Source: Clostridia bacterium | GTDB lineage: Bacteria > Bacillota > Clostridia > Lachnospirales > CAG-274 | DNA: 32,000 nucleotides | Direction: 5' to 3' | Assembly: GCA_030524425.1 (NCBI GenBank) | Contig: JAUNGN010000017.1 | Location: 19,689-51,688, forward strand | Part shown: piece after piece, positions 15,926-25,940 of the stretch | How the letters are laid out: every line of letters begins with the position of its first letter | How positions within the stretch are numbered: the first letter of the stretch is position 1 | The notes under the pieces: generated by a model | Told to the model about the DNA's origin: nothing | Seen by the model: only the letters and a program-made list of their open reading frames with translations | Databases searched by the model: none | Made by a program: the position numbers and the translations under genes

Positions 15926-16110
15926 TTGAAACAGACAGTGAGGCAAGTTATGTATATTACTGTCTGTTTGAATTACATATGAAACCAAGTGAGTTTGTTG
16001 ATATGGACGAACAAGAAAAAGCCTTTATTTTTGCATCAGTAGAAAGAAAGGTTAAAGAGGATGAAAAGCAACAAAAGAAACTTGACCGTAAAAGAGCGAA
16101 AAAGAGGTGA
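15494..16110 (+). CDS. Tail assembly chaperone, -1 frameshift extended product
   Basis: After slippage on A_AAA_AAC (15916-15922), the -1 frame stays open for 62 more codons (LIETDSEASYVYYCLFELHMKPSEF…KRAKKR) to TGA 16108-16110, abutting the tape measure start. Confidence 0.75.
15916..15969 (+). promoter_or_regulatory. Programmed -1 ribosomal frameshift signal
   Basis: The heptamer A_AAA_AAC lies in the zero frame. A 6-nt spacer follows, then a perfect 11-bp stem AAACAGACAGT/ACTGTCTGTTT (15929-15939/15959-15969). Confidence 0.8.
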
Positions 16111-16115
16111 ATACT

Positions 16116-18713
16116 TTGACTATATCAAGTTCAATAGAGTTATATGACAATTTTAGCGGAGTATTTACTTCTATGACTTCTGCTATGAACCTTATGTTAT
16201 CAGGAATTGATGATATTCAAGCTGCTATGGCATCTGGCATTGATACCAGTTTTGATACAAGGCCTTTTGATGCAGGCCGTGAAAGCTTGAGAGAGGCAGA
16301 GTCCGCGGTACTAGCTTTTCAGGAAGAAATTGAAAAGCTTAAGGAAAATTCATCTACCGTGCCTCCAATTAAGGTACCTGTTGAGTGGGTAGGTGATACC
16401 GAGCCGCCCGTATTTACTACTACCGGTGTAGAACGCTATGAGCAAGAGATAAGCAATGCCAATACGTTAATGAATGATTTGGTAAATACGCAGGTTAATA
16501 TTAATGCAAATGCAGTTAATGTATTATCGCCATCAGCTATAACAGACCTTACTTCTATTAATACTCGTATGACCGCGATACAGCAGAGAATACAGCAGAT
16601 AGAGAGCAACCCTTTAAACGTAGGTTCTGAAGCTGCTAATGCGGGATTGGAAAATCTACGACGACAGCTAGCACAGGCTCAGCAGGCACAAAGTCAGCTG
16701 AATACAGCCGTTGCTAATATGGATGTCGGAACTGCAAATGCGGCTTATGCAAGGTTATCGTCAACAATAAGTAATACCGAAAGATATATAAGAGATAACG
16801 TTACGGAGCAAGGCGCTTTTAACAACAAAATTGCAGAAGGTAGTAATAAGGCAAATGATTTAATGAGTAAGCTTAAGGGCGCTGCAGCTGCGTACATAAG
16901 TCTGCGCGGCATAGGAAGTGCGATAAATCTGTCTGATGAAATAACACAAACAGATGCGCGTCTTAGTTTAATGATTGATAATTTTGACGAGACGGGGTCT
17001 GTGGAAGACTTGTTTAATAAAGTATATGCATCAGCACAGGACGCAAGAGGCTCTCTTACAGAAACTGCGGCAGTTATTGCAAGATTTGGTAATAATGCAA
17101 AAGATGCTTTTAGCGGTACAGATGAGGTTGTGGAGTTTGCAAATCTTGTGCAAAAGCAAATGACCATTGCAGGAGCAACTACATCAGAGTCTTCTAATGC
17201 TATGCTTCAGTTATCGCAAGCACTGGGTTCAGGTGTATTAAGAGGTGATGAACTTAATTCAATATTTGAAAATGCACCTAATTTAATACAGAATATTGCA
17301 GATTATTTAGGTGAGCCTATAGGTCAAATAAGAGAAATGGCTGCCGATGGTGAACTTACTGCTGATGTGGTGAAAAATGCCATTTTTGCGGCAAGCGATG
17401 AAATTAATGAGCGTTTTAATAAAATGCCTATGACTTGGGGACAAATGTGGACTAAATTTCAGAATACAGCTGTAATGGCATTTAAGCCGGTATTGGACAG
17501 GCTTAATGACCTAGCAAACAGCGAAGCTTTTCAAAGTTTTGTTGAAAATGCGATAACAGTTATGGCTGTACTTGCCAATGTAGTTATAGATATATTTGAA
17601 CTTATAGGAACTATCGGCAGTTTTATAGCAGACCATTGGAATGTTATAGGGCCCATTATATATGGCGTGGTAGCCGCTCTTGCTGTATATTATGGTTGGT
17701 TAGCTCTTATTAAGGTTATTGAGCTTATTAGTACAGGCGTAAAAATAGCGTTATGTATAGCTTCATTTGCACATGCAGCCGCAACAGGGGCAGAGGCATC
17801 TGCTACTGCGGCAGCAACAGCAGCGCAATATGGTTTAAACACAGCTATTTTAGCGTGCCCTATATTTTGGATAATTATATTAATTATCGCATTGATAGCT
17901 GTACTTATAGCAGTATGTGACTGGATAGCGGAGGTAACAGGGGCTGCAGAATCAGCTTTAGGAATTATCTGCGGAGCATTAGCTGTAGCGGGTGCTTTTA
18001 TTTGGAATACCATAGTTGGTGTCATAAATGGTATTATACAGCTTTTATGGACTCAATTCGTAGAGCCCTTTATAGGTATTATTGAATGGATATTGAATGT
18101 TTGTAACGGCGGTTTTGATAGTTTTGGAGATGCAGTAGCAAATCTTGTAGGGCAAATAATATCGTGGTTTTTATCCCTTGGCAAGGTTGTTACAAAAATT
18201 ATTGACGCAATATTCGGCACCGACTGGACTGCCGGGCTTACATCATTACAAGACAGTGTACTTGCGTGGGGTAAAAATGAAAATGCAATTACTTTAAGTC
18301 GTGAAGCTCCTGAAATTCCATTACAAAGGATTGAATACGGTACAGCTTGGGATGCAGGCGTTGAGTTTGGTGATAACATATCAAATGCAATTTCAAATGG
18401 TATAGACAATTTGAAGAATATGGCTGATGATTTACTTAACCCGACTACCGATTCTGGGGAGGATGCTCTTAACGGAATTAAAGATAATACTGACGATATT
18501 AAAAAGGAAGTAAAGAACTCTGATGATATTTTAAGTATGATTAAAGACAGTATAAGCAAAGAAAGAATTGCAAGTTATACAACAAAACAAATTAATGTGG
18601 ATATGTCGGGAATGTCTAATAAGATTGAAAGCAGCTTAAGTATTGGTGATGTTGTACGAGAGTTTGAAGAGCGTATTGCAGAAGCTGCTTCTGCTTCTGC
18701 TGAGGGGGTGTAG
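16116..18713 (+). CDS. Tail tape measure protein (TP901-family core)
   Basis: The core is MLQLSQALGSGVLRGDELNSIFENAPNLIQNIADYLG, with a hydrophobic glycine/alanine-rich central segment and a length of ~865 aa. TTG 16116 sits 8 nt after AGAGG. The track start GTG 16107 overlaps that RBS. Confidence 0.92.
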   Translation: MTISSSIELYDNFSGVFTSMTSAMNLMLSGIDDIQAAMASGIDTSFDTRPFDAGRESLREAESAVLAFQEEIEKLKENSSTVPPIKVPVEWVGDTEPPVFTTTGVERYEQEISNANTLMNDLVNTQVNINANAVNVLSPSAITDLTSINTRMTAIQQRIQQIESNPLNVGSEAANAGLENLRRQLAQAQQAQSQLNTAVANMDVGTANAAYARLSSTISNTERYIRDNVTEQGAFNNKIAEGSNKANDLMSKLKGAAAAYISLRGIGSAINLSDEITQTDARLSLMIDNFDETGSVEDLFNKVYASAQDARGSLTETAAVIARFGNNAKDAFSGTDEVVEFANLVQKQMTIAGATTSESSNAMLQLSQALGSGVLRGDELNSIFENAPNLIQNIADYLGEPIGQIREMAADGELTADVVKNAIFAASDEINERFNKMPMTWGQMWTKFQNTAVMAFKPVLDRLNDLANSEAFQSFVENAITVMAVLANVVIDIFELIGTIGSFIADHWNVIGPIIYGVVAALAVYYGWLALIKVIELISTGVKIALCIASFAHAAATGAEASATAAATAAQYGLNTAILACPIFWIIILIIALIAVLIAVCDWIAEVTGAAESALGIICGALAVAGAFIWNTIVGVINGIIQLLWTQFVEPFIGIIEWILNVCNGGFDSFGDAVANLVGQIISWFLSLGKVVTKIIDAIFGTDWTAGLTSLQDSVLAWGKNENAITLSREAPEIPLQRIEYGTAWDAGVEFGDNISNAISNGIDNLKNMADDLLNPTTDSGEDALNGIKDNTDDIKKEVKNSDDILSMIKDSISKERIASYTTKQINVDMSGMSNKIESSLSIGDVVREFEERIAEAASASAEGV

Positions 18714-18716
18714 AAT

Positions 18717-19478
18717 ATGGCGTATTTAATTTATGTTGAGGATGTTTTAATGCCGGTAACACCTTCTAAAATTACCAGAAAGGTTCCGGGGAAAAATGAA
18801 GAAATTGAACTTTTAGGCGGAAAAACAGTTCTAAATCTTCAAGAACCGGGGCTTACAGAATGGTCAATGGATTTTCTGCTGCCAAAGGTTAAATACCCAT
18901 TTGTAAATATAATACCGGAACAGCAAGAACTAAGGTCTCAAGATTTTTATTTAACTCATTTTAATACATTAATGGCAAAAGCAAAACCTTTTAACTTGAT
19001 GATAATAAGAACTAAGCCTAATGGTGTTTGGGACTTTGGAGAGGATGGCGGAACTTTTAAAATAGACACATCAGACTATGTTTCGGCAAACCCAATATAT
19101 GTAAATGACCTTGATGGCATTTTAAATAAATGTCAATGTACTATTGAAGATTTTACAGATAAAGATTCAACAGACGAGGGCTTTGATAAAATTATAAGCG
19201 TTACTTTTAAGAAGTATCTGTCTTATGGTACAAAAACAGTCAGTTTGGCTACTGACAATAAAACAGGTACAATAACAGCGACAACAAAAACCACAAGAGA
19301 AACAGATAATAAAGAAATACCTTCTACTTATACTGTAAAATCCGGAGACTACCTTATATTAATAGCAAAAAAGGAGTTGGGTGACGGAAATAAGTGGAAA
19401 GATATTTATGAGTTAAATAAAGACCAAATTAAAGACCCAAACTTAATTTACCCCGGTCAGGTCTTTAAATTAAAATGA
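18717..19478 (+). CDS. LysM-domain tail protein (XkdP-like)
   Basis: The C-terminus carries a LysM domain: YTVKSGDYLILIAKKELGDGNKWKDIYELNKDQIKDPNLIYPGQVFKL. Confidence 0.8.
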   Translation: MAYLIYVEDVLMPVTPSKITRKVPGKNEEIELLGGKTVLNLQEPGLTEWSMDFLLPKVKYPFVNIIPEQQELRSQDFYLTHFNTLMAKAKPFNLMIIRTKPNGVWDFGEDGGTFKIDTSDYVSANPIYVNDLDGILNKCQCTIEDFTDKDSTDEGFDKIISVTFKKYLSYGTKTVSLATDNKTGTITATTKTTRETDNKEIPSTYTVKSGDYLILIAKKELGDGNKWKDIYELNKDQIKDPNLIYPGQVFKLK

Positions 19479-19494
19479 CAGGAGGCGTTTTTGT

Positions 19495-21531
19495 ATGTCG
19501 GGAACTGTTAGCGAGTTATTAGCTTGGGCCAGAAAGTATGTTGGAAAAGGTAGCTTTCCTCATCAGGGAGGAGGCGGAACGTGGAGTGCGACAAATAGCT
19601 GTCAGGCTTTTGTTGCCTCTGCATATAAGGCTTCCGGTGTTAATGCGGCCTATACATCTAAAGATACTGCTGCCTTAGCAAAAGCTGCATGGGGTAAAAA
19701 TAAAATAGCTTACAAAAACGGGAAAATTGACTATAGCAATATCCCTACAGGCGCTTGCATTTATTCTCAATGTGGAAAGGATACAAGAGGACACGTTTCA
19801 ATTTATTCCGGCAATGGAAATATAATTGAAGCCGGAGTAAACCCTATTAGAGAAATAAATATAAACCAAACATTAAATAACAGAAAATATTATAGCTGGG
19901 GATATAACGGTAATTCAAAGCCAAACGGTTCTACTACAAGCACTGGTAGTAGTTCGCCGGCCGCTATACCGACAAAAACTATAACCTTACCAACCGGCTT
20001 AGGAGGAACCTTTACATATATGGGCTGGCAGCTAATCACTTCAAAAACCTCTACACAATATAAGCTAAGGTCTCAGACCGGACAAAATTTTAATTCTGAG
20101 GGATTTGGAATAATCAATAGCCGTTATGTTGTTGCGTGTACTACTACATATGGAGCCGTAGGTGATTATATCGACGTATACCAAAGTAACGGAAATGTAC
20201 TTAAGTGTATTATAGGAGATATTAAAAATCAAAATGATGCAGGTTGCAATAAGTGGGGTCACCTTAGCGGAAAGTGTGTTATAGAATTTGTTGTTGATAA
20301 GGCTAAATGGTACAACCCTATGCACGCAAACCCGGGAACTTCAAGCTGTCACCCTGAATGGGGAGGAAAAACCATAGCTAAAATAGTTAATTTGGGCAGC
20401 TATTTTGAGGGGGCAAGCGCTGATGCCGGAGCTGAAGAGGCAAATAAATCTAAATCCAAAGAGGAAAAGGTAGAATTATGCTCTACTTCTGTAATAAGCA
20501 CAGTAAATGTTGCGGGCTCTCTTAATGATAATAAGTATATAAATATAGCCGGAAATAAAGATGCTCTTTATGAGCTTCACATAATAAATAATGGTGTAGA
20601 TTATCAGCCTATCATTGTTGGCGAGGTTACGTGGACAACAGAATGGAAAGATGCGGCGGGTAAGCTAGAATTTTCTGTGTTAAAGGACTCTGCTCTTGAC
20701 ATTCAGGAGGGAAACACTGTAGCTTTTCTTAAAAATGGTACAGGCGTTTTTTACGGGTATTTATTTACAAAGTCAAGAAGTAAAGGTAAAGAAATAAGTT
20801 GCGTAGCCTATGACCAGTTAAGATATTTGAAAAACAAGGATACATATTGTTATCTTAACAAGTCATTGCGTGAAGTTATTATAATGATTGCTATGGATTA
20901 TAGGCTTAAGGTTGACCAAAGTAAGTTAGTCGATACCAAGTATGCAATACCCGGGCGTGTTGAGGATAACGAAACTCTTTTTGACATAATAAAAAATGCA
21001 AGAGACCTTACAGAGCAAGCAACGGGAAATATATATATTCTTTTTGATGACTATGGTCTGCTCAGTTTAAAGGCTATTGAAGATTTAAAGACCGACTACT
21101 TACTTGATAATGAAACTGCTGAAGATATGGACTACACTTCAAGTATTGATGACGAAGTTTATAATCAAATACAGTTTTACAGAGATGATGAGACTACCGG
21201 TAACAGAGCAAAGTATATATTCCAAAATTCTGAGCTCATCAATAAATGGGGAGTTCTCCAGCTTACCTGTAAGCTGGAAAAAGACGATAACCCGGCGGCT
21301 TTCGGTAAATCGATACTTAATTTGTACAGCGAAAAGAAAAGAGAGCTTACAGTAAAAGACTGCTTTGGTGATGTAAGGCTAAGAGCAGGAGCTTCTTTAT
21401 TTGTAAATCTGGATTTGGGTGATGTTATTTTTAAAAACTGTCAAGTTATTGTTAAAAAAGCTGTGCATAAATTTGGAACAAAGTATAGCTGCGATTTAAC
21501 CTTATTAGGAGGTACACCTTATGTCAGTTGA
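19495..21531 (+). CDS. Baseplate hub (XkdQ / gpD-like) fused to N-terminal cell-wall hydrolase domain(s)
   Basis: The N-terminus has a Cys/His pair (NSCQAFVASAY … GHVSIYSGNGNIIEAG) of CHAP/NlpC-P60 type. A middle segment GAVGDYIDVYQSNGNVLKCIIGDIK looks DPBB/3D-like. The C-terminal half is XkdQ-like. Confidence 0.8.
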   Translation: MSGTVSELLAWARKYVGKGSFPHQGGGGTWSATNSCQAFVASAYKASGVNAAYTSKDTAALAKAAWGKNKIAYKNGKIDYSNIPTGACIYSQCGKDTRGHVSIYSGNGNIIEAGVNPIREININQTLNNRKYYSWGYNGNSKPNGSTTSTGSSSPAAIPTKTITLPTGLGGTFTYMGWQLITSKTSTQYKLRSQTGQNFNSEGFGIINSRYVVACTTTYGAVGDYIDVYQSNGNVLKCIIGDIKNQNDAGCNKWGHLSGKCVIEFVVDKAKWYNPMHANPGTSSCHPEWGGKTIAKIVNLGSYFEGASADAGAEEANKSKSKEEKVELCSTSVISTVNVAGSLNDNKYINIAGNKDALYELHIINNGVDYQPIIVGEVTWTTEWKDAAGKLEFSVLKDSALDIQEGNTVAFLKNGTGVFYGYLFTKSRSKGKEISCVAYDQLRYLKNKDTYCYLNKSLREVIIMIAMDYRLKVDQSKLVDTKYAIPGRVEDNETLFDIIKNARDLTEQATGNIYILFDDYGLLSLKAIEDLKTDYLLDNETAEDMDYTSSIDDEVYNQIQFYRDDETTGNRAKYIFQNSELINKWGVLQLTCKLEKDDNPAAFGKSILNLYSEKKRELTVKDCFGDVRLRAGASLFVNLDLGDVIFKNCQVIVKKAVHKFGTKYSCDLTLLGGTPYVS

Positions 21532-21799
21532 ATTAGTTAAATTAATCAAAAGTGTTGCTATGGATGCTTTTCGAGCAAGTAAGCCTGTTGAATTAATTTA
21601 TGGGAATGTTATAAAGGATTATGAGAATGACGGCGAACTTGTGATACATTTGGCAGAAAAGCTGGATTTATGTGCGGATTTTTTTGTTTTCGGTAGTATA
21701 AGACCTAAAAATCTTGAAAGAGGAAACCGTCTTGTAATCATAAGAATGCAGGGCGGGCAGTCCTATTATGTAGCAGACATTTTAAGGGAGGATGATTAA
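21521..21799 (+). CDS. Small baseplate protein (XkdR-position)
   Basis: A 92-aa ORF with a GGAGG RBS, in conserved PBSX gene order. Confidence 0.55.
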   Translation: MSVELVKLIKSVAMDAFRASKPVELIYGNVIKDYENDGELVIHLAEKLDLCADFFVFGSIRPKNLERGNRLVIIRMQGGQSYYVADILREDD

Positions 21800-22210
21800 A
21801 TGCTTCCAGACAGTTCAAATTATGAAATATTAAGTAACTACGATACAACTGAGCAGCCAAGTATGACATACAAACTTGACAGAGAAAATAAGCGTATCGT
21901 TGCTGTATTTGAAGACTACAAGGAAATTATAAGGCAGGCTGTATATTTGGCGTTATTGACTGAACGCTATGATTACGCCATGTATTCTTGGAACTACGGT
22001 GTTGAGTTAAGTGATTTGTTTGGTCGCGAGCGACAGTATGTAATTCCTATACTGGTGGGTAGAATTAAAGAAGCCCTATTACAAGATGATAGAATTCTGA
22101 ATGTTATAAATTTTAATTTTGATATAAAAAGAAGTGTATACAATGTAAGCTTTACCGTTATAACAAAATATTCTGATGTAGATGTAAAGGACGTGATATT
22201 TAATGTTTGA
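21800..22210 (+). CDS. Baseplate protein (XkdS/DUF2634-like)
   Basis: The pattern MTYKLD…IRQAVYLALLTERYDYAMYSWNYGVELSDLFG is typical of the XkdS family. Confidence 0.7.
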   Translation: MLPDSSNYEILSNYDTTEQPSMTYKLDRENKRIVAVFEDYKEIIRQAVYLALLTERYDYAMYSWNYGVELSDLFGRERQYVIPILVGRIKEALLQDDRILNVINFNFDIKRSVYNVSFTVITKYSDVDVKDVIFNV

Positions 22211-23366
22211 AAACTATACATATGAAGAACTTCTTACGGCTATGCTTTCCGAGGTGCCTTCAAATGTGGATAAGCGAGAGGGCAGTATAATATTTGATAC
22301 TCTTTCCCCCGCAGCTTTAGAGCTGACTAAATTATATATGGGGTTAGATAGTGTATTAAATAACGCCTTTGCTGAAACTGCTATAAGAGAATATTTAATA
22401 AAAATTGCAAAAGAGCGAGGTCTTACACCTGAATCAGCAACAAATGCTATCCTAAAGGGCGAATTTAATTTCATATCAAATGATGGAGAGTATATTGGCG
22501 AAGTTGTTAGCGAAGGTGATAGGTTTAATCTTGATAAAATTAATTATGTAGTTACACACCAACTAACAAATGATTCCGATAATGCTATGACAATAACCGA
22601 CAATGACGGTAATATAATAGCAGTTAATAAAAAAGACCGGATACCGGGTATGTGGGCATTAAAATGTGAAACAGCGGGAACAGTTGGTAATACGCATTTT
22701 GGTACTATGACACCTATTGAAACAATAAGCGGACTGACTAAAGCTGAAATTACTGACTTATTAATACCGGGAGAAGACGAGGAAGATACAGAAGTATTTA
22801 GACAGAGATACTTTGATAGTATTAATAGCGAAGCTTTCGGCGGAAACAGAGCTAACTATATAAAATGGGTACAAGAAATGGATGGCGTTGGTCAGGTTAA
22901 GGTCAAGCGAACTCCTAATGGAGGCGGTACAGTTGGTGTAATTATAACGGACAGCGAAGGTAATTCTGCCAGTGAAGAATTACAAAAGGCTGTAAAAGAA
23001 GCTCTTGACCCGGAAGAATACGAGGGTCAGGGAGAAGGTCTTGCACCTATCGGGCATAAAGTAACTGTGTCTACGGTATCTGTACACACCATCGCTGTGT
23101 ATTTTAATAATATTGCGCTTGAAGCCGGATTAGAAAATTCAGATATACAAAATGAAGTAGTACAGATATTAATGAGCTATGCTAATGAAATAAATGAAAA
23201 TTGGGGCGAAAAAGAGACAATAAAGGTTTATGCTGCTCAAGTACTGGCTCGTTGTCTTGACATTGACGGGGTAATTAATATTGAAAGTGCTGACCTAGCA
23301 GGCCACAGTTATATTACTCTTGATGAAAATGAAATACTTAAACTGACTTTAGGAGGTTTAGATTGA
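22203..23366 (+). CDS. Baseplate J-like protein (XkdT)
   Basis: The N-terminus YEELLTAMLSEVPSNVDKREGSIIFDTLSPAALEL is a Baseplate_J signature. 387 aa. Confidence 0.9.
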   Translation: MFENYTYEELLTAMLSEVPSNVDKREGSIIFDTLSPAALELTKLYMGLDSVLNNAFAETAIREYLIKIAKERGLTPESATNAILKGEFNFISNDGEYIGEVVSEGDRFNLDKINYVVTHQLTNDSDNAMTITDNDGNIIAVNKKDRIPGMWALKCETAGTVGNTHFGTMTPIETISGLTKAEITDLLIPGEDEEDTEVFRQRYFDSINSEAFGGNRANYIKWVQEMDGVGQVKVKRTPNGGGTVGVIITDSEGNSASEELQKAVKEALDPEEYEGQGEGLAPIGHKVTVSTVSVHTIAVYFNNIALEAGLENSDIQNEVVQILMSYANEINENWGEKETIKVYAAQVLARCLDIDGVINIESADLAGHSYITLDENEILKLTLGGLD

Positions 23367-23884
23367 TGAAATATATTGACTACTACCCTCCCGTACTCCA
23401 AGAAGTCTATGAAATAAAACTTATAGCTCTTATATTTGATAAATTTTTAGCGGCAGTTGAAAGCAATAAAGAGCAGCTTCAAAATGAATTGTATTTAGGC
23501 ACAGCAAAGGGCAGTGGCCTTGAAATATGGGAAAGAATTTTAGGCTTACCTGTAACGGATACAGATATTGAAGTAAGACGCTTTAAAATCAGAAGTAAAT
23601 TATTAGGTGATAGTACAAGCTTAAGAACTAAACTAAATGCTTTATTGGGCGAAGATAAATATAAAATTACTGTTTACCCGAACGACTGCCACATTTTATT
23701 TAGTCTTGAGTTATCGGCTCAGAATTTAAAATCTGAAATAATTGAACTTTTAGAAAAGGTGCTGCCGGTAAACCTTACATATGAAGTTGATTTAGCTTAT
23801 AACAGACATATAGATTTAAAACCTTATACTTATAACGAATTAAAAAAATATACTCATAAAGAATTAAACGCTAAAAAATTATGA
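23363..23884 (+). CDS. Tail protein XkdU/DUF2313-like
   Basis: The pattern YYPPVLQEVYEIKLI…LYLGTAKGSGLEIWERILGL is present. Confidence 0.8.
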   Translation: MMKYIDYYPPVLQEVYEIKLIALIFDKFLAAVESNKEQLQNELYLGTAKGSGLEIWERILGLPVTDTDIEVRRFKIRSKLLGDSTSLRTKLNALLGEDKYKITVYPNDCHILFSLELSAQNLKSEIIELLEKVLPVNLTYEVDLAYNRHIDLKPYTYNELKKYTHKELNAKKL

Positions 23885-23896
23885 TGAGGTGATATT

Positions 23897-24967
23897 ATGG
23901 CTACAAAAACAACAAATTATAAACTTACCAAACCAGCTCAAACAGATTATTATAATGTTAATGATTTTAATAATAATATGGACATTATTGACGCTACTGT
24001 TAAGGCAAATAGTAACAGTATAGAAGATATGCCAATTCATAGAAAAGTCATCAAGACTTCTAAGATAAGTTCTTCGGATTTAACTAAGGGTGAATATATT
24101 GTTATAGCTGAAAAAGGGCATTACAGTAATGGCTCTGCTTTTATTTTAGTAGAGGCTTCGGGAAGTCTTACTCATCATTCTATGGTATTAACTATTAGCT
24201 GTAGTTTTTCGACAAAACCTACAATAACTTGCCTTTGTAATTCTGCCTATGCAACACCCTTATTTGATTCGGCAGTAATTGAAACCGTTTGGTCCAAACA
24301 GCATATTGTTTGTTTAAGATTAAATAATGATATAAGCACGCAAAGTCCAGTTGAATTTAAAGTGACCGTTATTTCTGAATGGTGGGATATTAACATAAGA
24401 CCTTTGGGAACCTATACATTTACTGCAAGTAATATGAAAAGCGTGCAATTACAAGCCAATACAACCGCTTTTGACGGCTATTTACCTAAAACCGGCGGTT
24501 ATGTTTCGGGAGCAATAACTGTTAACGATGATATAAATATTAGCGGAGACATAAATGTGGATACTGATATAAATGCGTCTGGTAACATAAATACCGATGA
24601 TACTATAAATGCATATAATGTAAAATCCGAAAATAATATGGTTATAAAAAACCGTACGATTGCCCGAGCTATTGAATTATATAACTCTCCAAATGTGGAA
24701 ATCGGCGGCTACATAGATTTTCACTATAATCAGGAAATAACTGAAGAAAATCAGACCGCTAATACAGAAGGAGATTATACTGCACGAATAATTGAAAACG
24801 CTCCGGGTGAGCTTAATGTACAAGCCAGTTCAAACTACATAGCAAAATTAAAAGTTGCTGGTAATCAAGTTTACGATAACAGTCGAATTATGGTAAGAAC
24901 TACAGATAATGTTACCGCAGGAGTTTCACCTCTATCTCAAGGTAATATTATTTTGGTCGTTGAGTAA
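23897..24967 (+). CDS. Tail fibre protein
   Basis: The N-terminus TNYKLTKPAQTDYYNVNDFNNNMDIID is a conserved fibre anchor. Hexapeptide xDINxx repeats are also present (nt ~24525-24615). Confidence 0.75.
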   Translation: MATKTTNYKLTKPAQTDYYNVNDFNNNMDIIDATVKANSNSIEDMPIHRKVIKTSKISSSDLTKGEYIVIAEKGHYSNGSAFILVEASGSLTHHSMVLTISCSFSTKPTITCLCNSAYATPLFDSAVIETVWSKQHIVCLRLNNDISTQSPVEFKVTVISEWWDINIRPLGTYTFTASNMKSVQLQANTTAFDGYLPKTGGYVSGAITVNDDINISGDINVDTDINASGNINTDDTINAYNVKSENNMVIKNRTIARAIELYNSPNVEIGGYIDFHYNQEITEENQTANTEGDYTARIIENAPGELNVQASSNYIAKLKVAGNQVYDNSRIMVRTTDNVTAGVSPLSQGNIILVVE

Positions 24968-24980
24968 GGCGGTGACTTAA

Positions 24981-25547
24981 ATGCCAATATATGTTGGGGA
25001 TAGTACAAACAAAGCTAAAGCAGTAGAAAGTATTTACGTCGGAAACGAAAACAATATTGCTCAACGCGTATTATACGCATACGTAGGAGACGAAAATAAT
25101 ATTGCACAGCTTGTTTATGACGGAGCTACAAGGGATTTTAGTAATCTTGACTTTAAATGTACCTATGTAAATGAAGCGACCGGCGGAACTGTTTCGGTTA
25201 ATACTGTTTATACCGCAATACCAATAATGTGGAATACCGGGGCTGAACTTAATTCATCCGTAACCTTTAAATCAAGTAAGCTTAAACTGCGTAAAGGAGA
25301 TACCGTAAAAATAACATTTACATTATCACCGCCTGAAGGATGCAGTGATTACAATATTAATGTTTGGCTGGAATCTAATGCTGCCAAACTTAACAAATCT
25401 ATAAGCAATACTAGCTCTGGCGCAATAACTTGGGATATTACTTCAACTCTTTCACCTATAAGCTTTATAATAAACATATATGGCAGTTCAGCAAATGTAA
25501 AATTAACTGCCTGTAATATTTATGTAAACGATACCAAAATATTATAA
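24981..25547 (+). CDS. Second tail-fibre/receptor-binding-associated protein
   Basis: It follows the fibre gene. The N-terminus carries a threefold YVG(D/N)xxNxAx repeat. Confidence 0.45.
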   Translation: MPIYVGDSTNKAKAVESIYVGNENNIAQRVLYAYVGDENNIAQLVYDGATRDFSNLDFKCTYVNEATGGTVSVNTVYTAIPIMWNTGAELNSSVTFKSSKLKLRKGDTVKITFTLSPPEGCSDYNINVWLESNAAKLNKSISNTSSGAITWDITSTLSPISFIINIYGSSANVKLTACNIYVNDTKIL

Positions 25548-25558
25548 GGGACTTGCAA

Positions 25559-25927
25559 ATGATAGTAGAACTCATAAAACAGTATTGGATAGATTTAGGC
25601 TTTGGGGTATTTACCGCATTCTTAGCTTTTTGCTATAAAAATCTTAAAATAGAATTGTTAAAACGGGTAAAAGAGCAGGAGGCTGTTAAAGAAGGCGTTG
25701 TTGCTTTACTTAGACAAGCATTGTACGACAACTATAATAAATGGAGTGAAAGAGGATATTGCCCTATTTATGCTATGGAAGTATCAAAAAAGATATATGA
25801 GCAGTATCACTCTTTAGGGGGCAATGATGTAGGTACGGAGCTGTATGAAAGACTTAAAGAATTGCCCACAGAGCCTACGGAAATAAATAAAATAATAAGT
25901 GATAACAAATTTATGAAAGAACATTAG
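25559..25927 (+). CDS. Membrane-anchored protein at the head of the lysis cassette (XhlA position), function unknown
   Basis: It has one N-terminal hydrophobic helix (LGFGVFTAFLAFCY). ATG 25559 lies 8 nt after AAGGGA. Confidence 0.45.
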   Translation: MIVELIKQYWIDLGFGVFTAFLAFCYKNLKIELLKRVKEQEAVKEGVVALLRQALYDNYNKWSERGYCPIYAMEVSKKIYEQYHSLGGNDVGTELYERLKELPTEPTEINKIISDNKFMKEH

Positions 25928-25940
25928 GAGGTTTTATATT

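Noticed and set aside
16745-18559. Long antisense ORFs inside the tape measure gene (16745-17167, 17690-18025, 18053-18559).
   Set aside because: They lie entirely within a high-confidence 865-aa gene on the other strand. They have no RBS, and their low-complexity Ala/Ser/Ile composition is typical of antisense reading of Ala/Gly-rich coding sequence.
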